A stretch of 64,000 bases of DNA from Callorhinchus milii (taxonomy: Eukaryota). This document shows positions 53,232 through 64,000 of this stretch, piece after piece. The stretch spans positions 59,832,001 through 59,896,000 of the forward strand of contig NW_024704742.1 in NCBI RefSeq assembly GCF_018977255.1. The letters run 5' to 3'. The notes beneath the pieces are model-generated. The model searched no databases and was not told the origin of the DNA. It saw nothing but the letters and a program-made list of their open reading frames with translations. The first letter of the stretch is position 1, and every line of letters begins with the position of its first letter. Made by a program: the position numbers and the translations under genes.

Positions 53232-53670
53232 GGGTTTGCAGAGCCCTGCTGATGACAGACACTAACCAGCCTTGCTCATCAACAAGCATTAAAGGGGCAA
53301 CCAGTCACTGGGAACAGGGATTATTTCCACTCAGCTCCTGTAAACTCTACAAGCCAAAGCTCTAATGTGTGCCTAGCTAGATAAGAGTTAGGAAACTTGA
53401 CAGACAATGGCAAGATATACAAATTTAGTTGGTTATGCTCCAGCAGTCTCCCAAAACAAACATTACGATCCCCAAGGCTTGACTCTTGCCAATCCTCTCT
53501 GGATTTAGGTAAGCAGGCTGCTTCCCTCCAGGAAGAAGGTGCGTATTCCATTTCAGACACAATAATATCCATGTATATATGGAATGCATGGATCTCTGGT
53601 ATGGATACTCATAAACATGTTGATGGGCTTCCACATGTGTCAGACACGTGGCTGACCACAAATAAACTAA
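53232..53670 (+). repeat. Unclassified repeat 'X', copy D (longest)
   Basis: Overlaps copies A, B and C; its first ~50 bp also occur inverted at 52890-52938. Confidence 0.8.
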
Positions 53671-54334
53671 TAGTGTCGGAGATGAGGTTGGGGGATTTGA
53701 GGGGAAGATGACAGATTGTGAATTATTGTACTTCAGAAAATAAACAGACTCACCATAATGGCGTTTTCCGGTCTCATGCATTCCTAACATTAAACAAATT
53801 CTGTTCAACATTAAACTCTACATTTACCTAGAAGGCAGGAATAGACTTCATACGTTTTAACAGAAAGCACAGCAAAACATGTTTTCCTTGATTCTAATAC
53901 ACTCTTCGTCTTTAATATCTTTGTGTAACTTTTAGTTACTCAGGCAAGAAAAGTATGTTTGATCAGTTAGATTTATTACAGACACTGAAGTTGAAAATAC
54001 TCTTGCACATAATCAGTACATGACTGCTGCAAAAAAAGGCCATGACTGAAAATGAACTTCTATCTATAAATAAAGTCATGGAATATCAAAGAACGTCAAC
54101 ATCACTAAGAACAACTTGCATTTAGAAAGAATCTTTCACCTAGTTAAATGTTTCAAAGTATTTTTCAGAGATGGAGTGGGAATCCAAGTAGGGTTGGAGG
54201 TGGGATAGCTTGTAAAAGTTGAGTCCGTGGGTGCAACCTAGAAGGATTTAGGGAGAGATTTCCAGAAAGTGAGGTCAAGTGAACTCAAGACTCATAGTAA
54301 GGTAATAATAATGGTGCTATACCAAAGTAATTTT

Positions 54335-54532
54335 GTTGTTGTTGTTGCATTTGATATAACCCCTTATCAGGTCTTCGAGACGTTTCAAAGAACTTCACAG
54401 AATATACTGTCAAATGAATTGACTTTATGTTTTGTGGGCGAAACTTGGCAGCAAATTGTGCACAAATAGTCATGGATTGAGTGACCAAATTATTATTATT
54501 ATTTTATTATTTTTTGAAGGGATTATTCCCTG
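54335..54532 (-). mobile_element. SINE family A 3' half
   Basis: TTGCATTTGATATAACCCCTTATCAGGTCTTCGAGACG..CATGGATTGAGTGACCAAATTATT. Confidence 0.85.
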
Positions 54533-56089
54533 AACTTTGATTCATGCATGTTTTCATACGTTTGTACATTTCCAAGTACATTTATATAGCTCCTAGTCTC
54601 AGTGAATTATACCTAAATCGCCGAATGGCTGGACCAAAGTCACTTGTGGCAGTCAATGAGCTGGTTCAGGGTCCATCAGTAGAATGTTCTAGGATTTCTA
54701 GGAATGAGGTAGGATTTTCCTTCTGTGAGAAAATATTATTCATTTTGCATTGTAGTGAAGTTATAAAGCTGAACAATTCAGTTGATTACCAACAGCACTA
54801 TCATATTTTTGCTCAGTAATCTATGGTATCGCTTCCTTTCTAGGAAAACAAAATATTTGTCACAACATGTGGTTGTGAGTTAAATCTCAAAAGTTGCAGC
54901 TTCTATGGAAGGTACAGGTCACTGTATCACTGTATGTGCAATATTCATGAGCTGATTCAATGGTTCAAAAACACCTTCACAGTAGCACATTTTGTTTTAT
55001 TGCTAAAGGAATGAACCCTGAAAATATATGCTCAATGTTCCCACTGCATAGCACAAGGTAAAGGAAGTAGTATTATTGGAAAACGGAACTACAGAACTAT
55101 AACATAGTTAGTTAGGTAGTCAGTTGTCAGATGGTTGGTTAATAAGAAAGGGAAGGACATCAAAGCATTACCGAATTGCATTAACACCATGTACAATGCA
55201 AATAATAACTGCTGCTTGTACCCTATCATGAATGACTACATTCTATTACCATTTTCCTCAGAAGTCTTGCATAAATTAACATTTAAGGTTTACTATTATT
55301 ATTTTTCCAATTGGTTTACTTTTTTGTGCTTTCAAAAAGTACAATATCCATGAATATATTTCAAGAATAATGAATCAATGTCAATATAACACTCATTCAT
55401 TTAGCCAACAAAACCTTAATGTTAGTGTATTAGTGAATTCAAATCTAGCAAATATCAGAACAGATCTATTATTTTCTTGCTAAAATGTACAGATGGTAAC
55501 CATCAGAAAATTATATAATGGCTCTCGTCATCTGGAATGTTTGTGTAAGAGGTAGTGCCAAAGGCTACAATTCTCAAGTAAATTGATTCAGCAGTAAAAT
55601 GTCCCCATGAAAAAAATGACTATCTCCATATGTTTAAATACAATGACAGCCAAACCCATGGTAATGTGTCTTTAAACCAAATGTATGACCTATCCTCATT
55701 TGTTCAATCAAAAAAAATGCAATAAAACACTATTTTGTAAAATGTTCATATGTGACCATCTAGGAAATGGAGCATTTTTTAAATGAACTTAGTTATTAAA
55801 CCTATGAATAGCATAAAAGGCCAAATTTATCATTTGAAGAATATATCAATGCAACAATCCTCTTTCACTCTTTCTTACCACTTTGCGTGTTATTGTGAAG
55901 GGAAAAAGGCTCCTGACTTCATATTAAAATGAAACTTCACTGACTATCACAAGTACAGATGACTTCCTGTCATCCTCAATCAAAAGGATATGTATATATC
56001 TTGCTCTTATGCATACTCTGGTCTAACTACAGAAAGAGGCAAACAAAGTTGATGAACAATGAATGTGTGAGTCCTATTATATAAACTGA

Positions 56090-56490
56090 ACAATAACTAG
56101 CACACCTTGCATTTATATAGCACCTTTAATTCAGGGTTGAGCACCGAGCAATGAAGAGGGGCAAGGGAAAGGTAACCATACATGTGGTAGAAGAGGTGGA
56201 TCTTATGGTGGGATTTAAAGACAGATAAAGTGGGGTGGGGAACGAGAGATTCAGGCACAGATTTCGGGGTATCTGTCACAAGGTTAGGGGGATCAGGGTT
56301 GAAAGTATGGCCAATGATGGTGGTGAAGACAGGTCAAGGGGACACGCAGCAGGTCTGTGTTACCTGAGAGAAGGGGGCTACAACAGAGGAGTGGGATACA
56401 AGCAGGGTGGAAAGGTTGGGAGGTGCTAGGCTGTGAAAGAAATGGGATGATCAAAAGGATCCATCTCTGATGCAATACAAAGTGGTAGGA
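56090..56490 (-). mobile_element. Old L2 3' fragment
   Basis: LSVFKSHHKIHLF; tail GGTGCTATATAAATGCAAGG. Confidence 0.7.
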
Positions 56491-57956
56491 CATAAAAGGG
56501 AGGGGAAAGGAAAGAACAGAGGATTGGGGTTAGAGTTGATTTAATTTAGTGTGAATGTTTAGACTTGTGAAGCTTTTCTTATTGAGCAATGCTGCTGAGA
56601 TCAGAAGGAAAACAAGAGGAGGAGGTGTAGAAGTTGAGAAGTCAGGGACATGTAACTAGATAGAGATATGTGTTAATGCTGTTACTCAATCTGCATTTCA
56701 GAGCTAAAATTGTAATATGTGATATGATAATTATCACACCTTTTACCCTTTTCTCAATGTTATGGGACAGTCCCACAAGCAGCACAGGTATCTACAGTAA
56801 AATTGCTGTCTCTCGTGGAAAGAGCATTTAGGGATGCAGAAAGGAAATGCCAGATGTGGCAACAGCTGTTGTCACAGGGGAATGTCCTTGAACATAATTC
56901 AAGAGTACACAAGGGTGTTGCAGAAGGACTGGTTCATAGGAAAACAGAGGTAAGAGGCAAAGATGTATCTGGTGCTAAGATCATATTGAACTTGGTCGAT
57001 ACAATATGGTGGACGCTGATGGAAAGTGAGCACATAAGTGATTTTGTCACTGGTGAGATGGGGAGAAAGAATTAGTGGAGGTTGAATCAAAAATGGGCTG
57101 GATGGAATTGAGGGAAACTTAATGATAGAAAAGAAGACTATTTCAAAGGCTCTATTGCAGATAATGGAGAAACTGAAAGAAAAAGATAGTTTCAGAAAGA
57201 TAATAGAGGGAATGAAGGGGAGGGTGCAGGCTGCATAAGAGCTGCTACAGATCTATGATCTTATCGCTATTTTTTCTAAATTTATCAATAGGTAACATTG
57301 ATCAATGTTAACAAGTTAATGGTGGCATCTTTGGTAATATAGCACTCCCCAATACTACACAGAACAGAGTATTATCTACATGCAATTTTCCTCTTCAACA
57401 GAGTGTTTTTATTTGCAATATTTGACTTTTTTGTGTTGTGTTGTGTTGATGGTTATGGTCTCCCCCAATCTGTTAAAACTCCAGCAGCAACAAGATATGG
57501 GCTCATCATACATAAGGAAGAAAGAAACAAAGGGCTATGGGAGAGTGGAATAGGAGTGTGGAGGTTTCTGTGGAGCATAAACGCCAGCACAGATTGGTTG
57601 TGTTGAATTGCTTGTTTCTGCACTGTATTGTCAATACTATGTTACCAATCTCTGTGTGCACACTGGGACTATTGTATTACAGTTCTCCCAAAGGTTATCC
57701 TTGTGGCCTCAAATGTCCTGCTATTAGATGCAACCCAGTGGTTTAGAAAGAAAAGATGATCTTCTTCTCTTGTCCCCTTCAGCTTCTACTGGCAAGTTGA
57801 GGTTGATTTTACCATCAAACTGCATCGAATGGGACATGTATTTCTATTAATATTGTCGTATATTAGGTTTGTAGCTAATGTCCTACTGAGTGGCATTGAC
57901 AAAATGTTCTTTTTTAGAAAAGTAAACCAGTGTGACAACTTCACTGCATTTATTTC

Positions 57957-58598
57957 AACACAACAACAAAATTACATTTGTAAAGTGCCTTTTATGCTGG
58001 GAGGACATCCCAAGGTGCTGAACAATCAGGGATCAGGACCCGAGCGTGGGGGACAGGGTTGGGATGAGGCAGAGCGGGTAGGAGGGAGGCTGATGGTACG
58101 GTCGAAAAGGAGGGTCTTGAGTCATTTCTTGAAGGAGGCAGGAGACATGGAGCAGGCTGGAACCTGCTGAGGGAACGGACAGGTTGATGGGGGTCAGCAG
58201 GTCAGAAATGTACGAGGGGACAAGGCCGTGGAGAGACTTGAAAGTGAGGACGAGGATTTTGAATTCTATCCTCTGAGGAATGGGGAGCCAGTGGAGCGGG
58301 GCAAGGGTGGGGGTGATGGGGTCACAGAGCCTGATGCAGGAGAAGACACGAGCTGCAGAATTCTGGCTAATTTGCAGCTTCTGGAGGGAAGATTTGGGGA
58401 GGCCGACAAGGATGGCGTTTCGTAATGGAGCCTTGAGGTGACGAATGTGAGTACGAGGATTTTGGCGGCATGAGTGGTGAGGCAGTGGCAGAGTCGGGCA
58501 ATGTTGCAGAGATGGGGGAAGGCAGAGCGGGTCATGGCATGGATATGGGGGAGAAAGGACAGTTGAGGGTTGAACAAGACGCCCAGGTTCCTAACCCC
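57957..58598 (-). mobile_element. L2 3' fragment with internal deletion
   Basis: FNPQLSFLPHI..HLCNIARL..ILVLTFVTSRL; LHWLPIPQRIEFKIL in an alternate frame; tail at 57957. Confidence 0.9.
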
Positions 58599-58666
58599 AA
58601 AATAAACACAGTTATATCACTTTACAATGTATCCTGTGAAGCAATTTCAAATGTCGTAACTACATG

Positions 58667-58890
58667 ATCATAGAATGTTACAGCACAGAAGGAGGCCATT
58701 CGGCCCATCGAGTCTGTGCCGGCTCTTTGACAGAGCAACTGACTTTTATTAACCCCACTCACCAGCTTTCTCCCCATAACCCTGCAAACCTGTCTTCCCC
58801 AGATACCTATCCAGTTCTCTCTTAAAAGTTGTTATCGAATCGGACTTCACTGCCCTTTCGGGCAGATCATTCCAAATTCTAACAACTCGC
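58667..58890 (-). mobile_element. CR1 LINE 3' end, well preserved
   Basis: RVVRIWNDLPERAVKSDSITTFKRELDRYLGKTGLQGYGEKAGEWG; 3'UTR GATGGGCCGAATGGCCTCCTTCTGTGCTGTAACATTCTATGA. Confidence 0.92.
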
Positions 58891-59019
58891 ACTATATGAA
58901 GCGCTATATAAATATATCTATATAGATAAAGCGCTACATGAAAGACAAAGATTTTTGTTGTTATTATATCATTCCAATTTCTTTTCCCCCTCTTCAATTT
59001 TTATGGGTTATTCCAATGC

Positions 59020-59398
59020 AAATTTTTGAATGTATAGGCATTACCCCAGTCCTTGCCAGACTCTATTGGTTTCATTTATCCCAGTCCTCGCCCTCAACTA
59101 TAAATTCCTTCACACTCTAGCACCTCCCTGTTTCTCTGATCTTCTCCAACCTGACTTCTCTGTTCACCACCTCCACTTGATTAATTTGGGATTGCTGCAA
59201 ATTGCTTGGCATGGTCAAGCTTTCATATTCTACAACTCTGAATTCTGCAATTCCCTCCCTCTAATCCCTATCCGTTTCACACCCTCTCTATTTGTCTTTA
59301 AATCCCATCTGGCATGCAACCCCTCCATTATAAAATACTCCAAGATGCTTTCCAATGTGAAGAGTACTATATAAGTCCAAGCTGTTGTTTTTGTTATG
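59020..59398 (+). mobile_element. Old L2 3' fragment
   Basis: YKFLHTLAPPCFSDLLQP..FCNSLP..VFKSHL. Confidence 0.7.
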
Positions 59399-59801
59399 GT
59401 GTGGTCCTGTAGCATAGTTAGAGTACTTACCTTGCAAGAGAGAGGACCCGGGTTCGATTCTCAGGCAAAGCAAAACCTTAGGCAAGTTTCCTTTCTCCCT
59501 ATGCCTCTCTTTAGATAGCAATAAGTAGGAACCTAGTTGTTAGTTGATTGGAAGATCGCTTTCTGGGGGTAATAATCCCTCAAAAATAATGTTTTGATCA
59601 CTCATTCCAAAACTGTTTGTGGGACACTATTGTGCTCAATTGGCTGCCCCGTTTCACGAACAAAATACACAGTCACTACACTACACTGAATTTTGTGCAC
59701 AAAATATGGTCAATTCACTTTACAGTACATTCTGTGAAACACTTTAAGAAGTCTCAAAGACGTGATAAGGCACTATATCAAATGCAATGGTTATTATTAT
59801 T
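59399..59801 (+). mobile_element. tRNA-SINE family A, full length with internal duplication
   Basis: GGGTTCGATTCTC B box, family core, CAAAATA..GTCA segment present twice. Confidence 0.88.
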
Positions 59802-60892
59802 AAAATGTAATATGTAATGCCTGACCAATATTACTTCCTAAATTCAATCGAAAAATTAATTTGATTCTATGGCTCATTGTTGTTTGTTGATGCCATAGAT
59901 TGGCTGCTGCATTCCCTATTTAACAACATTTTATGTTAGATATATATTTATTACTTATACATTTTCACATTGTTTTTGTTGCATCTTTAATTTAGCTTCT
60001 GTTTGCCTTGTGGTTCAGGTAAATTTTCAGAGAACCCTTGGCGCTATTTTAAAGAAACACACAAAGTTTCCCCTGTTTACCATTCCCTTTTCTTCGGAAA
60101 TTCAAGTTAAATGTCTCCTCTTCCCATGTTGTTTGGGAATTTGCTGACAGAAATCAGCTGTTGTGTTTGCTTACATAACAACTTTCAATTCATTTCTAAC
60201 TATTCTTTTTGTAAAGAGCATTGAGACTTTCTTCACATGAAAGGCATTATATAAAATGCACATTGTTTTGTTCTTGTGTCTTCCATATATAGGCATAAGC
60301 ATTAACTATCTTTTTTGGTGAGTCACTTAAAATGACATTATGTATGTACATCTCAGCTCTAACAGAATTGTTTTGAGTGGGAGCCAAATCATCAGGTGCA
60401 TCAGAAGCACATTATGTCAAGGTTGATGTATTGAAAAAATTTCTTTGCAACCTACTGCGCTCTGCAATGACCGAGTACTTAAAACTATCATTCGGCTTTA
60501 CACTTTCAGTATAAATTGAGCAATATTCCTAGAACTCGCCAAACAGTTGCTTTAATTTTCTTGTTTAAAAAGAAAGAAAATGCATTTCTACAATGCTTTT
60601 CATTTGGAAATGTTTCAAAGCATTTGCCAAGTAATTCCAATTAATTATAAGTAAATTCTGTCACGTTTAGTGACTGTATGTGTCTAGGCAAATGTGGTAA
60701 TCTGCAAACAGCAAGCAACATCTCACAAACAATCATGATCTTAACAAGTAATTAATCTTGAATATTGTTGACTAGAACATTAATAGAAACACCCTTTTCT
60801 ATTTCAATAGTGTTGTAGGATCTTTAACACTGACTTGTGGCAGACAGGACCAAAAGACCCCCGATAATGCAGCACTCTTCATGTATTTGTTT

Positions 60893-61260
60893 GGTAGTTC
60901 AGTGGTTAGAGCATTCGCCTTGAAAGCAAGAAACCTGGGTTCGATTCCTAGTAGGGCAAAACATGGGGCAAGTTTCCTTACTCCACATGCCTCTGTTTAC
61001 CTAACAGTAATAGGAGCCCAGTTGTTAGTCGATTGGCAGATCAATTTTCCAGGGGTAATAATTCTTTCAAACAAAAAATAATAAATTGGTTACTCAATCT
61101 ACGACTGTTTGTGGGACACTGCTGTGCGCAATTGGCTGCGACATTTCGCCCACAAAATATGCAGTCAATTCACTTCACAGTATATTCTGTGAAGCGCTTT
61201 GAGACATCTCGAACATGTGATAAGGCGCTATATCAAATGCAAAGATTATTATTATTATTT
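60893..61260 (+). mobile_element. tRNA-SINE family A, full length
   Basis: GTAGTTCAGTGGTTAGAGC..GGGTTCGATTCC; (TTA)n tail; family-B remnant on minus strand just upstream (~60590-60880). Confidence 0.9.
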
Positions 61261-61290
61261 CACTGACTCAACTGAAGGATTAGTGTAGAC

Positions 61291-61337
61291 CAGTGGTGGC
61301 AAACCTGTGGCACGCAGCCACATGTTGGCCACCACTG
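61291..61337. mobile_element. hAT-like miniature inverted-repeat element
   Basis: CAGTGGTGGCAAAC..GTTGGCCACCACTG (13/14 inverted match), inner TGTGGC/GCCACA stem, left flank GTGTAGAC. Confidence 0.6.
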
Positions 61338-61799
61338 GCCACCACGTGGCTCGGGGGGCTGTCAAGAAAGCCCCTGAACATTTACACAAACCTCAGTAAA
61401 TCCATATTCAATTGGCAGTGTGTTTTCAGTTTTTTCTTGATTGTATATTTGTTGATTTGTGGCATTTTTATCAGAACCCTGAATGCAATAAATATTACAT
61501 TCTGTATTGTCTGACTTTCTGTATTTCTGGCCAGTGGGTAAAAGTTGCTTGAATTTTCAGAAGACATTTGATCAAGTGCTGCACGTGACAATGCTTTGCC
61601 TACCTCCCCCACAAAAAAAGTTAAACTCATGGAATTAGTGACATATGAGCCAGTGGGTTGAGATTCTTACAATAATGAGAAATTATTACAAATGGAAAAA
61701 GCGATATTTCTCAATGATACTTCTGCTGTCTGCCTTGACCCTAAATGTTGCTGAGAAGGGTAGTTATATTGAAGGTGATACCAAGCTATTGCTTCGTTA

Positions 61800-62130
61800 A
61801 TGTGTGCATGGGATATTGATGGCACTGAACCAATTAAATAGTGGGGTAAGGAATGGAAAAATGGATTGTAATAAGGATAAATGTATGGAATTAGGTTACA
61901 CACACAACCTTAGCAAAGAAAGAGGATTTGAGAGTAATTGACCATACAATGATAGTTTTCAGTCAGCAGGAATTTGTTAGTTATCAGCAAAGTAAACAAT
62001 GTTCTAAAATGCATCTCTAAAAACAAGTGATTATAACTTTGTACAGTCAGTGGTGAGACTACATTTGGAACAGTGTTGAGATTTTTTTTGTAAGATTTAA
62101 AAAGGGCATTGTTGTATTGTAGAGGTTTCT
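61800..62130 (+). mobile_element. Highly degenerate CR1 RT C-terminal fragment
   Basis: AATAAGGATAAATGT (N.DKC), GAGGATTTGAGAGTAATT (EDL.VI), ACTTTGTACAGTCAGTGGTGAGACTACATTTGGAA (LY..VR.HLE). Confidence 0.6.
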
Positions 62131-64000
62131 GATGTGAAAGCTTCTTGCAGTTAAAACTCTTACAATTTACAAAGACTCACAGAATTTATAGTTTCCATTG
62201 TCAAAAATTTGTGGGATAAACATGATTTTTAAAAATATAAACATATACTGGGGTAAAATTACAATCAATGTGTGACACAATAAGTATCACCAATATGTAT
62301 GACATGACTGCTAAGAGGTATCCAAACCTCCGTTTAATTATACAGATGGTTGGGAGGAAACAAAATAGTTTGGCCCAAGCTGGTCAAATTCTTCACTGAC
62401 CCATCACCATTACTCCTGCCAGCCAGAATCTCTGTCTTTGTCCCATTGCTCCAAACACCAGCCAAATTCTGAGTATGAGCTCAAAACCAGAGGACAAGAG
62501 TGAAACATTTTTCAGTCAAAACGAGATTGGGGATCTGAGCAAAATAATCTTAAACTAGGTGCAATAGACTCTTAAATAAAACGCTGAGTTCATTGACATC
62601 TCAGAAAGAAAAACACATGAGTATCTAGATGGGTTGAGCACGATGTACAAGCTGAATGTAATGGTTATGTTGACAGACCAATTGTTTATTTCTAGTGTTG
62701 AGCACAAATGTGTTCTCCATTCCAAAATGGCACGGGTTGATGGTCTAATATTGCCTGTTTTTCAAGTTCATTTGCATCAGGTATGTACGTTTTGTGAATC
62801 CACAGCTGAATGTTATTGGTAGAAGGTTTCACCCTCATGAAATTTTTCAGCCATGGAAAAATCAACAGACTTGAACATTCCTTACCTCATGAGCACAGGA
62901 GCACAAGCTGTGTGGGGTTGAATGGTCTGCAGGTGAAGAATTTAACAGTGAAAAACTAATGATCTGAACATCACATTAATTGACTTGTGTGGCCATTTCA
63001 GTAAAAAGCTTGAGTAGATATTATCATCCAATTAAATATATTACTGACAACTCCTTGATACATTCATTTACTTGTCTAAGCTTGTGCAGTGTATGATTTT
63101 CATAGTATTCATATCCTGAACAAATTAAAGCTAAGTGCTGCAACCAGCTCTTTCAAAGTCAAAGCCTAACTGAAGTGACCAAGAAAAGTCCTGAAGCTTA
63201 AAAATGTAAATCTCAATTTCAGTCTCAATATACACAAAAAGGAAAGAATTAACAGATATCCCTTTTTTTTAAATCACCGATATTTCAAATATTTGTTTAA
63301 AACAGCAGGTGCTGGGGGAGGAAAACAGTGTGGAGGTGAAGTCACTGAAATGGACGATTCGAGGAGGAAGAAATAATATTACTGGAAAGCTATCATTAAC
63401 TCAGGCTTCTTCAGTCATAATTATGTCATTATAGCTGTGCTAATTCAGCTTTTACACACCATCGAATACAGTGACTCATTGCAGGAACTTGCACCATTAC
63501 TTTTTGCCTTCACAGTTCTGACAAGAAGTGATCACACACAAAAAACAGGAAAGAAACTGAGGGAAAAACAAGTCAATGGCAATTCATGATTTTTTATAGA
63601 AGTTTCTGACACAAGCCTTCCCTCTTTAATAGCACAATAAGTCGTAGATTCCTGTACAGATAGGTGCCTTCTTATTCTGAAGTTTGATTATGGCAAAATA
63701 AATAGTTTAGTATTATTAATTGATCTGCACAGTTAGATTGTTTTCGATTCACTGAATTTTGCTCAACATTTATGTACTGACTAAGAAAACATTAAAGCAA
63801 AATAAAGGCTCTGTCAATGATCCTACCTATTTCTACGGACAGATGGTTGCCTGCTATTACTCCATGAAGCTTGTTTTAACTTGCATACACATCTTGCTCC
63901 AACTGCAATGTTCTTTGGAAACCCACAGATTCTTGACACCATATGTTATCTCAGAGATTTCTTCCTCAGATTTACAAATAGACTGCTGCAACATGTCCCT

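Overview
AT-rich, repeat-dense vertebrate DNA. It is most likely from a cartilaginous fish (holocephalan/elephant-shark-like), inferred only from the mix of L2 and CR1 LINE fragments and Deu-domain tRNA-SINEs. I found no host protein-coding exon I can support, so the window looks like a large intron or gene desert. The longer ORFs in the track are L2/CR1 ORF2 remnants, antisense readings of them, or chance ORFs. Contents: many 5'-truncated L2 and CR1 fragments, two tRNA-derived SINE families with an L2-like 3' tail, a degenerate PIF/Harbinger transposase remnant, a tiny hAT-like hairpin, microsatellites, and several repeat-free blocks that look like conserved enhancers. The less routine observations are (i) an unclassified old repeat in 4-5 diverged copies with an internal CTGCTGATGA..TCATCAGCAG stem, one copy next to the Harbinger remnant; (ii) a ~200-bp SINE fold-back hairpin with perfectly matched outer arms; (iii) a 23-bp exact direct repeat bracketing an L2 plus ~345 bp of flank; (iv) nested CR1>SINE>LTR-like insertions. 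I see no convincing novel biological system. Coordinates were read by eye and are approximate at repeat edges. Family names come from recalled motifs, not database searches.
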